Assembly (NCBI GenBank): GCA_964016885.1
Contig: OZ024759.1
Span: forward strand, 16,616,001-16,680,000
Length of the DNA: 64,000 bases
DNA from: Eledone cirrhosa
Taxonomy: Eukaryota
Direction: 5' to 3'
In this document: piece by piece, positions 1-13,077 of the stretch
How the letters are laid out: each line of letters begins with the position of its first letter
Position numbering within the stretch: position 1 is the first letter of the stretch
Notes under the pieces: model-generated
Told to the model about the DNA's origin: nothing
Databases searched by the model: none
The model's input: only the letters and a program-made list of their open reading frames with translations
Position numbers and translations under genes: made by a program

Positions 1-570
1 GATGATGATCAAATTTACAAGATGTAATGCAGTACAAAGCACTCTATATATTCCAAGGTTGAAAATAAATCTTAGTACATTCCATAACTCAATATTCGCA
101 GAAATAATTTTTGAAGTTCAGTTTGATTCAAGTTTGTTTTATTTATCTCTGTCGTACTTGAGTAGTGTATGTATGTATGTGTGGATGGGGAGATATGTAT
201 ATCATCATCATCATTTTACGTCCGTTCTTCCATGCTAGCATAGGTTAGACGGGTTGTCCTGTTGTGGGCAGTGCCCGGTCGGCTCACCTTGTCTTGCTCA
301 TACGGGAACTGATTTTGGCTTGATTTCTACAGCTGGATGCCCTACCTAACACCAACCTCATTTACAGTGAATACTGGGTGCTTTTTTTCCATGGTGCCTA
401 CATGACCACTTTACAGTGTAGGGTGGGTGCTTTTTTGCCGTGGGAGTGAGTGGGGGGCATATTGTCTATATAATGTGTATAAATTGTCTATTTGCGTGCA
501 TGTGATTATGGCATATTTGAATGCGTTAAATAATTGATGAAATATGATCTGTTAAACTCCTTTATTGTAG

Positions 571-787
571 TTGGAACTAGTTCTGATCCAGCCGGAGTGA
601 CAGTTGTTGATTCAATCAAAGTGTACGTGAGATCGAAAGAGTCCTTTGGTTGGCCAGAAGAGCCCGATGAATATCCAGAAACAACTACAAACAATAAGCC
701 GCCTCTTACTGGCGCTGGTCCAGTGAATAATGTCACCGAATCTGATGCAGTACCTTTGACCACAATTCCCCTCACCTCAACAGACAG
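571..787 (+). CDS. UBR4: UBR4 exon 1 of window
   Basis: GTSSDPAGVTVVDSIKVYVRSKESFGWPEEP..; tgtag / AG|gtcggt. Confidence 0.93.
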
Positions 788-1100
788 GTCGGTTATTTAT
801 GTATATTTATATATATCATCATCATCAGCATCGTTTAACGTCCGTGTTCCACGCTTGCATGGGTTTGGTAATAATAAATACAAAGACCCAATTCCAAAGA
901 GGACTTGATAAGGGTTAAACAATTATAAGTTTTCTGAAGAAGTGTGATAAATAATTAAGTATTGCATATGATAGAACAATATATATTGTAGTCAGCATAT
1001 GTAGACTATTATAATAAACACAGAAACATATGTTAAAGCCAATAAATTCCTACTTTCCTTTCTCGCTGAAGTCTATATGTTTCTTGGTGATGTAGCCCTT

Positions 1101-1136
<36 letters not shown>

Positions 1137-2295
1137 TATATAAAACTCACTATTTTATATATTTTGCACATTGCTTCAAGCAAATTGCATCACTTCCCTA
1201 CATAATTTAGCTTTTAACTCCCTGGCTACATGAAACCACATTAGCAAAACATTATTGAAAAGTACATAACAGCACTATGATTACATCTCATTAAAAATGA
1301 TTGCCTTGACTTCTTGTACCACATTAATAAGTTCTTCCTGAAAAGTAAAAAAAAGCACTATGACTACACATAATAAAAATTAAAGTCTTGATTTCCTGTG
1401 CCACATGACACCACATTAACAAGACCTTCCTGAAAAGTAAAGAAAAACATCACTATGACTACATCACATTAAATGTTAATGTCTTAATGTCCTGAACAAC
1501 ATGACTTCATTTATCAAAACACAAATTTCCCAGTTTGTCTGATTGTTCATATATCAAGTAATCCTGGTATATATGACACACCAGTCTTGGATTCCAACAA
1601 TTAAATACATTCAACACTATTGAATGGCACTGGTCCATTAGATATGAAATAATTTATTAAATCCCCTCCAAATTCTTCCTTAACCCTTTAGCATTTACAT
1701 TACTCTATATATAGTATTGTATTTTCATATTAAAGGCTTTACCTCATATAATTATCTCACATGATATCAAATCTATGAGATTTTGATATCATTTATTTTG
1801 AGAACAATACGTTAAAGTTGGTATGAGGGGCCAGTTAAAGCTGGTTTGAACAGAAAGAATTGAGAGAATTCTGGCCGGATTGATTTAAATGCTAAAGGGC
1901 TAACCCATGCTAGTGTGGAAAATGGACGTAAAATGGTAAGGATGATGATGATTACTCTATATTTACTATTCTATTTTCACGGTAAAGGCTTTATCTTACA
2001 TAATATCGAATCTATGAGATTTTGATATTATTCATTTTGAGAACAGTACCTTAACATAAGTATGAGCAGCTGGTTACAGCCAGTTTGAACAGAAAAAGGT
2101 GAGGGAATTTTGGCTGGATACAGCCGGTTTAAATGCTAAAGGCTTAATTAATTCAAATACAGTATTTAATTATACATATGGTAAAGAATGGGTCAAATAT
2201 GTAAATATAGTTTGGTGTACAAATGTTGTCAACTAAAAATGTTCCTATTGATCAGTATCGATTTTGTATTGATTTTATGTTGTTCTTTTGCTCAG

Positions 2296-2395
2296 ATTAC
2301 TTGCAGGAGCTTTGGAAGTGCTCGATGGTTCCTTTTCCACCTATCTCAATGCTGAGGACAAATTTCATACAGGTAGCTCACCAGCACCTGTAAAG
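2296..2395 (+). CDS. UBR4: UBR4 exon 2
   Basis: RLLAGALEVLDGSF..PAPVK; ctcag / gtgagg. Confidence 0.88.
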
Positions 2396-3650
2396 GTGAG
2401 GTCCTTTTGGTTCACGTCTCTCTCCTCTTCCACACAGACACACACACACACTCATATAGACAAACAGTATCAAACACACACACATACATATATATGAACA
2501 CAGATACACACACACACAGTAGTCCACCAGCACTTGTAAAGGTGAGGTCTTCCATATAGACACACAAACTCATAGATGCACACACACAGATTCATACTTA
2601 CATATGCACACACACACTTATACGCAGACAGATGCACATGCACACATACACAAACATGCACATGTACACACATACTGTCACATTGTTTCCTAACTAATCT
2701 GATCTGACAATTGGTCCCCCCCCCCTTTTTTTTTTTACAATTCAGTTTTTTTTTTATATGTTCTTTAGTTAACCCTTTTGATACCAGATTTCTCGTGAAA
2801 GACACTGCCTATAATTTTCAAATAATTTCGGAAATAATCAAAAATTCAATGGGATTTAGCAATATAATAAACTTTCTCATTATTAAGCTGGTGTTTGGAA
2901 CATAACAAAAGTTCTTATATAAAATAAGGGTTTCTGATTTAAGAACAAAGGTCAACAATTTTGGGAGAGGGGAATGTCGATTAAATTGATCGTAGTGTAT
3001 TACTGGTGCTTTAGTTTATCAACCCTGTAAGGATGAAAGGCAAAGTTAACCTCGGCAGAATTTGAACTCAGATTATAAAGGATTGTAACTCTATGCCACA
3101 AAACATGCCTGACGCTCTACCGATTCTCTCAATCCACCACCGTTCTTATATAAAATAATTGTTTCTACTTTTGGCACAAGGCCAGCAATTACCCCAGTAC
3201 ATTACTGGTGTTTTATTTTATCAACCCCGCAGGGGTGAAAGGCAAAGTTAACCTTGGCGGGATTTGAACTCAGAACGTAAAGGGCCATGACTCTATGCTG
3301 CAAAGCATGGTGTCTGACGCTCTACCAATACTGCCAATCCACTGCCCAATTCACCGTTCTTATATAAAATAACTGTTTCTACTTTTGACACAAGGCCAGC
3401 AATTACCCCAGTGCATTACTGGTGCTTTATTTTATCGACCCTATAAGGATTATAGGCAGCAAAGTTAATCTCAGCGGGATTTGAACTCAGAATGTGAATA
3501 TAAACACTTTAAAACAAACTCCTCAATATCATAGAACGAGGGCTAGATTCCGTCAGTTGATATCAAAAGGGTTTAATAAGGATTATAAGATTTTGAAAAG
3601 TTGTAGAAATAAGGAGAAAAATGTTTTAAACTCTTATTTTTCATTCACAG

Positions 3651-3785
3651 TTACCTCATCACCAAACTGCTCTTGAAATTGCAACCAGCCTACTTACTTT
3701 ACCGACTCCAAATAGTGTCCAACAGCAGACAAAAAGTTTGTTGGCATCTCTGTTCCCAACAAAGGCTGCATATCACAACCACAAA
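3651..3785 (+). CDS. UBR4: UBR4 exon 3
   Basis: LPHHQTALEIATSLLTLPTPNSVQQQTKSLLASLFPTKAAYHNHK; cacag / gttagt. Confidence 0.93.
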
Positions 3786-3844
3786 GTTAGTAGAAACTAT
3801 GATTGATTTAAAAAAAAAAAAAAAATTCTCTTTGCTTTTATCAT

Positions 3845-4182
3845 GGAGACACATGGCTTAGTGGTTAGAGCATTGGCCTTGCAATCGAAAGGTTGTGAGA
3901 TCAATTCTCAGACCGGGTGATGTGTTGTTTCCTTGAGCAAGACACTTTATTTCACATTGCTCCAGTTTACTCAGCTGTAGAAATGAGATGATAGGGACTG
4001 GGGTCCATATCATTCCACTGCAAAGTGGTCGTGGAGGTGCCACGGCAAAAAAGCACCCAGCACTCACTGTAAATGAGGTTGGTGTTAGGAAGGGCATCCA
4101 GCTGTAGAAATCAAGCCAGAATCAGTTCCCGTCCCACCCTTGCAAGCAGGGAAAAAGCGGACGTAAAATGAAATGAAAATGA
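3845..4182 (+). mobile_element. tRNA-derived SINE family A
   Basis: A box TGGCTTAGTGG; B-box-like sequence (GAGTTCAATTCTC in the other copies); (ATG)n-type tail. Near-identical copies at 39185-39532 +, 48165-48500 +, 46778-47121 -, 52664-52976 -; partial copies 38278-38482 and ~200-440. Confidence 0.85.
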
Positions 4183-5408
4183 AGGGCATCCAGCCATAGA
4201 AGTCTGTCCAAACAAAGGGTTGAGAGGAACCTCAGTTGTGTGAGATGCATGACAACTTCTCCTGTGCACTTGGTGGAACGCGAGACCATATTTAACCTTC
4301 TGAACGCTCCGGACGCATTATGCTGTCAATAGTTATCTCCCCTTAATGCATAATGCATTGTCAGGGGAAACAGTTCATGAAAGATTTCTAGCGTGCTAAC
4401 GGTTAAGTGAGACACAGATCTCTGGCCTAGCTGGGAAATCAGGGGCTCTGCTTCAGTACTGACTTGGTCTGTATAGACCCATCCACCCCTTGCCAACGGG
4501 GAAAAAGGACATTAAAATGATGACGATGATGATGAACATCTTTCCAAGCTACTGAAATCGTGTGTGTGTGGTGGTGGTGGTGGGGTGGGGGTGGGGGGGG
4601 GGGGCTTATTTTATAGTTAACTCGCATTGTGGCAGCTTCTCTAAAAGCAAGTCTACTTTCAGATGTTCAGATTTACCTAATGCATTGCAAATGATTCAGT
4701 ATTGTTTACATGGCTAGCTAACAGATAAAGCTTCTAAAAAAAATGGCTGATAGTATTGTAGCCATCCATCAGACAGCAGACATGGGGTTCATTTGAATCA
4801 GGCAGCTATTTCCCACCTTTTTCTGTTTCCAGCAGTTATTTACCTGACTTCGACTATTTTGTAGTTAACTTGGATTGTGGCAGCTTTGCTAAAAGCAAAC
4901 ATAGCTGGATGCTCTTCCTGATGCCAACTATTTTAGTCACCTCATACAGCAAGCAGAGATACGGTGTATGTAGTCCAAACTGGATACACTGAGGCAGATG
5001 GGAATAGAGCCAGTGATGAATGGTGTGAAGGGGGATGAAATGAGATGGTTGGGTCATGTGTTGAAGGGTAAAAGTGACTGGGTGAAAAGGAATATAGCCA
5101 GAGATGAATGATCTGGAGAGAAATGGAATGAGATGGCTGAGTCATGTGTTGAAGGATGAAAGTGACTGGGTGAGAGGAGTGGTGGGAATAAGTGAGGAAG
5201 GGGAAGACTAAGAAAGACATGGCTAAAGATGATGGTGGAAGAAATGAAAACTGGGGTTTCGTAAGATGGTAGGATACAGACAATAAGACAAAATGGAAAA
5301 ACTTGTCATGGGTCCCCACAAGATTAACCCCTGCTTTAGCATTGAAAATAACCTTAAAATGATTTTGTTGTTTTTCATGTAATGATTTTCACCCCTTTTC
5401 TTGATTAG

Positions 5409-5580
5409 GATCATGCCCAACTAAGTCATGTTATGCATAGCCTTCTTCAAGGCTCCCAAGACATGGATGTCGAAGCTTTTCAACGTCTGGTTGTCACTGC
5501 CCGTTCTATTGCTGTTACAAGACCAAGCAACCTAGTACGCTTTGCTGAGAAAGGCAGTGCTGTTATTGAAGAAATAAAAG
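5409..5580 (+). CDS. UBR4: UBR4 exon 4
   Basis: DHAQL..DMDVEAFQRLVVTARSIAVTRPSNLVRF; attag / gtatat. Confidence 0.93.
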
Positions 5581-6438
5581 GTATATAAAATGGTCTCTAA
5601 TCTAGGTACAAAGCCTGCAATTTGTAGGGGGAGGTCTATTATATTAACCCCAGCATTTGACTGAGAAAATGATATTAACCCATTAGCATTTAAACCAGCT
5701 GTATGCAGAATTCTCTCACCTCTTTCTGTTCAAACCGGCTGTAACTGGCCACACATACTGATGTTAAAATATTGTTCTCAAAATAAATAATATCAAAATC
5801 TCATAGATTCAGTATTATGTGAGATGAGATAATTATATGAGGTAAAGCCTTTACCACAAAAATATAATAGTAAATATAGAGTAATGTAAATGCTAAAGGG
5901 TTAAATTATTTAAATATTTAGTATAGTTAATATGAAGCATTGGGAGATGTGTAATAAAAAAAAAAGCTGATAAGTTTCAAAAAGCCAGTACAATGCAGTA
6001 GAAATATATAAAGTAAACAAAGTAATGTTTTACCCAGTATATTTCAACATGATATTTCAGGGCTAATATCCTCTTGTCAAATGTAAAACAGAAACAGTTC
6101 TAAACTAAACCAAAACAAACGATCGATGTGTTCTTCCTTAACCCTTTAACATTCACATTACTCTATATATACTATTGGATTTTCATGGTAAATGCTTTAC
6201 CTCACATAATTATCTTACATAATATCGAAAGTATTTATTTTGAGAACAATACCTTAACATTAGTTTGAGTGACCAGTTATAACCAATTTCAACAGAAAGA
6301 GGTAGAGAATTCTGGCCGGTTTTGGCTGGTTTGAACATTAAAGGGTTAACTGACCTATCTCTCTAAATATTTGTTATAGCTGTTGTTTGTTGCATGCCCC
6401 TTATATATGACAATAACCATTTCTCTAATTAATTGTAG

Positions 6439-6594
6439 ATGATTCTTCAAGTGGAAGTGATTGCAGTCCCAAAACTGATGAAGCTGAATCTACTGAAGAA
6501 GGCTGTACATTTGTACCTCAATTAATGAATACCTTTTGGAAGTTATATGCTGCTAAACCTCCCAATATTATGCTGGCTCCAGTTTGTATGCCAG
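6439..6594 (+). CDS. UBR4: UBR4 exon 5
   Basis: ..EEGCTFVPQLMNTFWKLYAAKPPNIMLAPVCMP; tgtag / gtagat. Confidence 0.92.
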
Positions 6595-7437
6595 GTAGAT
6601 ATTTATTCATAATTTTGACAGCCCCCCGGCCCCCTCTTTTTGTCTCTTGACATTCCTGTAATGATTTAGTAGAAAATGTCTAAAAATGGGTTTCTTAACC
6701 CTTTCATGATTGTATTTCCAATGAAACATGCTCTATTTGAATTAATTAATTAATTAATTAATGATTAATTATAATTAATAATGATGATGATAAGAAAATA
6801 TCTTGGAAGATTTTAATTTACAAAGAACCCTTTAAAACAGGTTTTGAACTGATTTTGGCCAGGTTGACATCAAAAGGTTAGTGAATAATGATAAGGAATT
6901 TATTATTTCATTTATTAAGACATTAACTTAACATATGGTTCTTATATAAAATTATTTCCAAAATTATAATTTAACTGTTTCGTGATTGTATTTCTAATGA
7001 AATACACTCTATTTCAATTCCTTTTTGAAGAATTTTGAGGAATTTACTAAAATTATTAATTTTCGTTACTAAGATAGTAACTTAACATATGGTTCTTAAA
7101 TAAAATCATGTTGGTAAGATTTAAATTTAACCTTTTCAAGGCTTTTTTCTAATGAAATAGTCTATTTTAATTAATTAATGAAGAATTTTGAGTCTTGCTC
7201 ATATTGTTCAGGTTTTTTTTTTCTTGGTTTTTTTCCTACCTTTTTTTTTTTATTTTCAAAAATCTTTATCCAACTTATTCAACAATTATTTATAGTTATC
7301 TATTATTATAGTTATCTACATTGTGGTGACTATATTATAGAATAGAAAATTTCACAATGCTTCATACGACAACCAAGCCTAGCTTATACTAATCATGTTT
7401 TCATTTTCTTCTTTCTGTTTATTTGTTCAAATCCTAG

Positions 7438-7559
7438 GTTTAGCTCATGTTGAAGCTACAGTAGTGGCCCTTGTTGAGATAATCCATGCCTTCTGTATCT
7501 GTGACTTAACAACTGTGAATCAAGCTACAAAGCAGTATGTCCGATTGTTGCTGTGCCCG
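7438..7559 (+). CDS. UBR4: UBR4 exon 6
   Basis: GLAHVEATVVALVEIIHAFC..LLLCP; cctag / gtaagt. Confidence 0.94.
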
Positions 7560-8230
7560 GTAAGTAGTAGCATAGATATTTCTACTGTAATAGCCATAGT
7601 TTGTAGTGTTGGCGTTAGTATGTTGATGTCACACCTATACCATGATTGCCACTGTCATTTTCCAATTCGAGAAAGCATTTAAATATAAGTTTGAAAGCAG
7701 AAGCAATGGAAAGTAGTTCCAGCTAGATCCTGTCAACAAATCTCCATATGGTTTAACCCTTTAGCATTTACATTACTCTATATATATATACTATTGTATT
7801 TTCACGGTAAAGGTTTTACCTCACATAATACAGAATCTATGAGATTTTGATGTTTATTCTGAGAAAAATACCTTAACATCAGTATGAGTGGCCAGTTACA
7901 GCTGGTTTGAACAGAAAGAGGTGTGAGAATTTTGGCCTGATACGGCCAGTGTAAATGCTAATGGTTTAAATACACAGCAAGTCTCCAATTTCCAAATGGT
8001 TAAATGCCAGCAGTCATGACCTGGATGTAGCCCAGCCCCCTCTTAAAGTGTAAGAAGTTAAGGGCTGAAACACTCACTTAATTTGGGGTTTCTTCTCTGA
8101 AGATCTTCTGCTGTCCTGAAAGGTTCCTATGACTATCATATACCATATTATTAACTTATGTCCCTCTGCTCCACCATACTTACACCTACATGTCAGATGT
8201 ATGTGCTCATGTAAATATGCATGTGGAGGG

Positions 8231-8278
<48 letters not shown>

Positions 8279-8921
8279 ATGTACTTATATATGCATATGT
8301 ATATACACGTGTATTTAGATGTATACGCACATTTATATACATGACTATGTAGATATATATATATACATGTACATGTAATACATATGTGCATGTATATACA
8401 TGTATGTAAAAGTACATATATATATATATATATACACATATATATGTACATGTACACACATGTGCATGTATGTAAAAGTACATATATATGTGTACACATA
8501 TATGTATGTACATGTACACATGTATATCCACATCATATACATATAGATACACATCATAGTCTAACCCATGCTAGCGTGGAAAATGGACGTTAAACGAAGA
8601 TGATGATGATCATCATCATATACATGTACGCACACACACACACATTACATCAACACATGTACAAGACATATCAATCTCATTCCGCCATCTTGACTTAAGT
8701 CTCCATTCCTTACATACCTTTCTTCATCTGTTGCCATTTGTTTGTGCTGTATGCCCTACATACTTCCATTTCTTTCTTCTGAACTTATCTGTTGTCTTGT
8801 ATTTCTCTTCTATTCCTTCTCTGTTCCATTGTCATGTTTTTCCATCCATGTTTTTTAATAGCAATTTGCTGCAAGAAATACATACATAACATTTTTTTTT
8901 AAAATTATAATTCTATTACAG

Positions 8922-9039
8922 GATCCCTGTGTGAGTTTTGCCTGCAAACAGGCTTTGTTGAAAGTACTTCGCCCCAGGCATAGACGACAACGAAGAGTCT
9001 TTATACCCTCACCACCAAGATGTACTTCTCCTGGGAAAA
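8922..9039 (+). CDS. UBR4: UBR4 exon 7
   Basis: DPCVSFACKQALLKVLRPR..PSPPRCTSPGK; tacag / gtaata. Confidence 0.9.
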
Positions 9040-10373
9040 GTAATAACACAGATTTTTTTTGTTTCTTTTTATCACTGGTGACTTGTGTACAGCAGACAGT
9101 ATCAGCAATTGTTAGATCAATGGGAGCGTTGCTTTGTAGAACTTCTATGGTACAAAGGTTAACCTCAGTTAAGAATGAAACAAATTTAGTAGTAGTAGTA
9201 GTAGTGGTAGTGTTGTGGTGGTTGTGGTGGTAGTAGTAGTGGTGATGGTAGTAGTTTAGTAGTAGTAGTATCAACAATCGAAAGACCAATGGGAATGTTG
9301 TTTCATTCATTCTTCTTCTTGTTGTCGTGTCCCACAACAGTGTCAGTTACAAAGCTTGGCTAGATGTGGTTCTGCCACAGCTGAACACATTGCTGTCCTT
9401 TCTCATTCACCTCTACTCAGTCCAATGCTGTGCAGGTGTGTTCCAACAGGGGGGATATCAGGAGGTGCTGTGTAGTCTGTGGTTCGGTGCCACTGTCACA
9501 CACAACGTCCCCATTTTGCCAGATTGACTTTTGTATATACAGTACAGTAATTAGTATTAGTGGCTATCAGACATAGTGTATCTAGGACTATATTATCCAA
9601 TGTTCACTTCTTATGTCCACAAGAGTGTCAGTTACAAAGCTTAACTAGATGTGGTTCTGCCACAGCTGAACACATTGTCCTTTCTCATTAAACTCTGCCA
9701 AGTCCAATGCTGTGCAGGGGTGTTCCAGCCTGGGGGATATCAGGAGGTGCTGCGTAGTCTGTGGTTTGATGCCGCAGTCACACACAATGTCCTCATCCTT
9801 TAAATATTACCATTTTACCAGATTGACTTCTGTACATTCAACACCAGATCTTAGTCTGTTTAGGCATTTCCACACTGCATAGTTTGATCAAATCTGACAG
9901 TAAGCTCCTTTCTGCCAGAAGTTGTGATTGATAGTATCAGTTACAGAAAGGCTAATAAAAACATAGTTTCCTTGGTCTGATCTGAGGATCAGCTACTTTC
10001 CTTCCTTTCAAGAGTTGTAACCGATAAATAGTATCAGCAATGGAAACACCAATTCCTTGGTCCATTCTAACAATTGATTCCCTTCCTTCCTTTCTGCTAG
10101 TATCAGCAATAGAAAAAGACCAATGGAAACATTGTTTCCTTGCTCTAATCTGACATCATTGTTATTTTTTTTAGCATCTAATGTCCAATTCACACAGTAG
10201 TAGCTTTCAAATAAAACACCATTTTCTTCTACACTTTACACAATGTTTTAAGCAAACTAAGACGTCCTCTTGTTATTTAAAAAAAATTACTTTCATTATT
10301 GTATACCATAGATATGTACAAAAATTCAAAATTGATCACTGACTATTTGTGTAAATTTCTTGAAATAAACCAG

Positions 10374-10510
10374 GGGGAGCAACTGCTGATGATGATGATG
10401 ACTACGAACATCAGAGTAAAGTACCTAAAAGCCATGTGCAACATGAAAATAAACCAGAACCTGAGGTTCTTGAACAAGACCAAGATTTGATTGGAAATTA
10501 TGCTGAACAG
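10374..10510 (+). CDS. UBR4: UBR4 exon 8 (acidic linker)
   Basis: GATADDDDDYEHQ..NYAEQ; accag / gtaagt; phases fit both neighbours. Confidence 0.8.
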
Positions 10511-10959
10511 GTAAGTTAATTTAAGATAAGATAAGGTGAGGTGAGGTTGCCACCATACTGTAGGTTTGTACTGCTGCAACTAGGTACTGTTTCGAAGTGT
10601 GAACGTGTGTGGCTTAGTGGTTAGGGTCTTCAGTTTACAGTCATAAGGCTTGGTTTTCTAGGGCTGGATACCACATGGAGCATTTTATTGTGACTCTGAC
10701 ACTATAACCCTACAGCATGTACTGGGTGTTTTTTGTCATAGCACCAGCACGACCACCTTACAGTGTTAACTGATAGCTTTTTTTTGTGCATATTTCTGAG
10801 TATTTATATATGTATCTTTCTCTATCTTCTGTAAACCTGGGTATTTATATGTGAAACCCTCTCTCTGTATATGTAAAAGGTAAACAGAAATAACAACACA
10901 AACTGTACAATATATGGAAGGAATGTATTAATTTAATGCTTGAAATAGCAGGAAGAGGA

Positions 10960-10995
10960 TCTTAACGTTTCGGACGCCAGTCTTTCATCAGAAGA
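10960..10995 (-). ncRNA. Minimal type I hammerhead with palindromic stem III
   Basis: Minus strand: tctt CTGATGA aagac tggc gtcc GAAA cg TT aaga. Paralog at 33551-33586 has GAAA changed to AAAA. Confidence 0.65.
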
Positions 10996-11099
10996 AAGAA
11001 TGAGAAATTCGAAAGATTGAAGGGACGGGCAGGGCGGAGTCGGAAAAAATATATATATCATCGTTTTTACGTCCACTTTTCCATGCATGCATGGGTTGG

Positions 11100-11193
11100 A
11101 CATACATATATATATATGTGTGTGTGTGTGTGCCTGTATATTTCTATTTCTCTATGTATTTTGGGGTGTCTATATTCTCTCTCTCTCTTTTTC

Positions 11194-11253
<60 letters not shown>

Positions 11254-11314
11254 CCTGTATATTTCTATTTCTCTATGTAATTTGGGGTGTCTATAATCTC
11301 TGTCTCTCTTTTTC

Positions 11315-11362
<48 letters not shown>

Positions 11363-11500
11363 CCTGTATATTTCTATTTCTCTATGTATTTTGGGGTGTC
11401 TATATTCTCTGTCTCTCTTTTTCTGTGTGTGTGTGTGTGCCTGTATATTTCTATTTCTCTATGTAATTTGGGGTGTCTATAATCTCTGTCTCTCTTTTTC

Positions 11501-11544
<44 letters not shown>

Positions 11545-11603
11545 CCTGTATATTTCTATTTCTCTATGTAATTTGGGGTGTCTATATTCTCTCTCTCTTT
11601 TTC

Positions 11604-11653
<50 letters not shown>

Positions 11654-11714
11654 AGTGTGCCTGTATATTTCTATTTCTCTATGTAATTTGGGGTGTCTAT
11701 ATTCTCTCTTTTTC

Positions 11715-11765
<51 letters not shown>
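11100..11765. repeat. Compound satellite (~120 bp unit with TA/TG tracts), ~6 copies
   Basis: Recurring gcctgtatatttctatttctctatgtaatttggggtgtctat. Confidence 0.9.
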
Positions 11766-11767
<2 letters not shown>

Positions 11768-11811
11768 TTATCTCTATTTCTATATCTCTCTATCTATATC
11801 TCTCTTCACAG

Positions 11812-11970
11812 AATGAACCTATGATATTAGAACCTGCAGACCATAACCTCCCTCTAGAAGCCCTTTTAGGGGGCAGTGGAGCTAATTTCCCTCCCATTGT
11901 AGATATTCCTCCTGATGCTGATGATGAGACTATGGTGGAGTTAGCTATAGCACTCAGTTTACAAGATCAG
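11812..11970 (+). CDS. UBR4: UBR4 exon 9 (UIM-like motif)
   Basis: NEPMILE..FPPIVDIPPDADDETMVELAIALSLQDQ; cacag / gtaaga. Confidence 0.95.
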
Positions 11971-12092
11971 GTAAGACTTTCTTTCCTTCTGCCTTTCTCT
12001 CTATACACCATCACCATCGTCACCACTGTATATACATACATATATATATATTTTTTTTAAATCTAAAAAACATTTTTGTTTTCTTTTACCAG

Positions 12093-12149
12093 TCCCGTCA
12101 TGGCACAGAACTGAGTCTGCAGAGTTTGGGATTGGCAGGACAAAGCAAT
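12093..12149 (+). CDS. UBR4: UBR4 exon 10
   Basis: SRHGTELSLQSLGLAGQSN; accag / gtaagg. Confidence 0.88.
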
Positions 12150-12806
12150 GTAAGGTTTCTTTTATTTATTCTTTTACTGGTTTCAGTAATTAATTTAATT
12201 CTAATTGACTTTTCCCATTCCCCAGATTGCTGGCCCTGTTCCTAAATTAGAAAGTTTATTTTGAGACCAGGATCATAAATTATAGTACCAGTAATGAACT
12301 GAGGTCGATTTAATCAACTTTTCCCTCCTCCAGATAGCTGGCCTTGTGCCTAAGTTAGAAACCAATTTTTGAGACAGGGTTGATAAATTTTAGTTCCAGT
12401 AACTAACTGGGGGCGATTTAATCGACTTTTCTCTCCCCCAAAATTGCTGGCTCTGTGCCTAATATCAGAAATCACGGTAGAGGGTCGGACGCCATGCTTT
12501 GACGCATAGAGTTACGGCCTTTTCCATTCTGAGTTCAAATCTCGCCGAGGTTAACTTTGCCTTTCTTCCTTACGAGGTCGATAAAATAAAGTACCAGTAA
12601 TGCACTGGGTAATTGCTGGCTTTGTGCCTAACGTAGAAACAATTATAGTTATAGTTAAGTTATATTTGAAACACTAACTAAATATTTTCAACCCCTTCTA
12701 TTGTTCTATCTAGGCTACCCATTGTTTTGGGGGTCTCCCCCCCCCTCTCCCCATGTTTGGTCATGTATCTAAACATTTTGTCCTCAAACTCTATTTTGTT
12801 GTGCAG

Positions 12807-12984
12807 GCTGTGTCACTCCTGGAAGAAGGCCCCCTCTCTGACACAACAGCTTCAGCTCCAGGCAGTGATGATGAAGTTGGCAGTAATGCAGCTACAGATG
12901 GATCAACGCTGAGGACTTCTCCAGCAGAACATGCAGGCAGCGCTGGCTCTGAGAGTGGTGGTAGTGCTGTTGATTCCGTCTCTA
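12807..12984 (+). CDS. UBR4: UBR4 exon 11
   Basis: [40 protein letters not shown]; tgcag / gtgcgt. Confidence 0.92.
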
Positions 12985-13077
12985 GTGCGTTGTTTTTATA
13001 ATAATATTTTCCCTTCCTTTTATCTTCTATTTAATGCGGTTGGCAACAGACAGAATGTAGTGAAGAAAGGGCTACAT

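Noticed and set aside
3845-3920. tRNA gene at SINE A heads
   Set aside because: No proper acceptor stem, and each head continues into a shared SINE body
8093-8130. CTGAAGA..GAAA hammerhead-like spacing
   Set aside because: Stems I and II cannot be formed
8074-11686. Tyr/Ile/Val/Cys-rich ORFs
   Set aside because: Translations of (TA)n/(TG)n tracts
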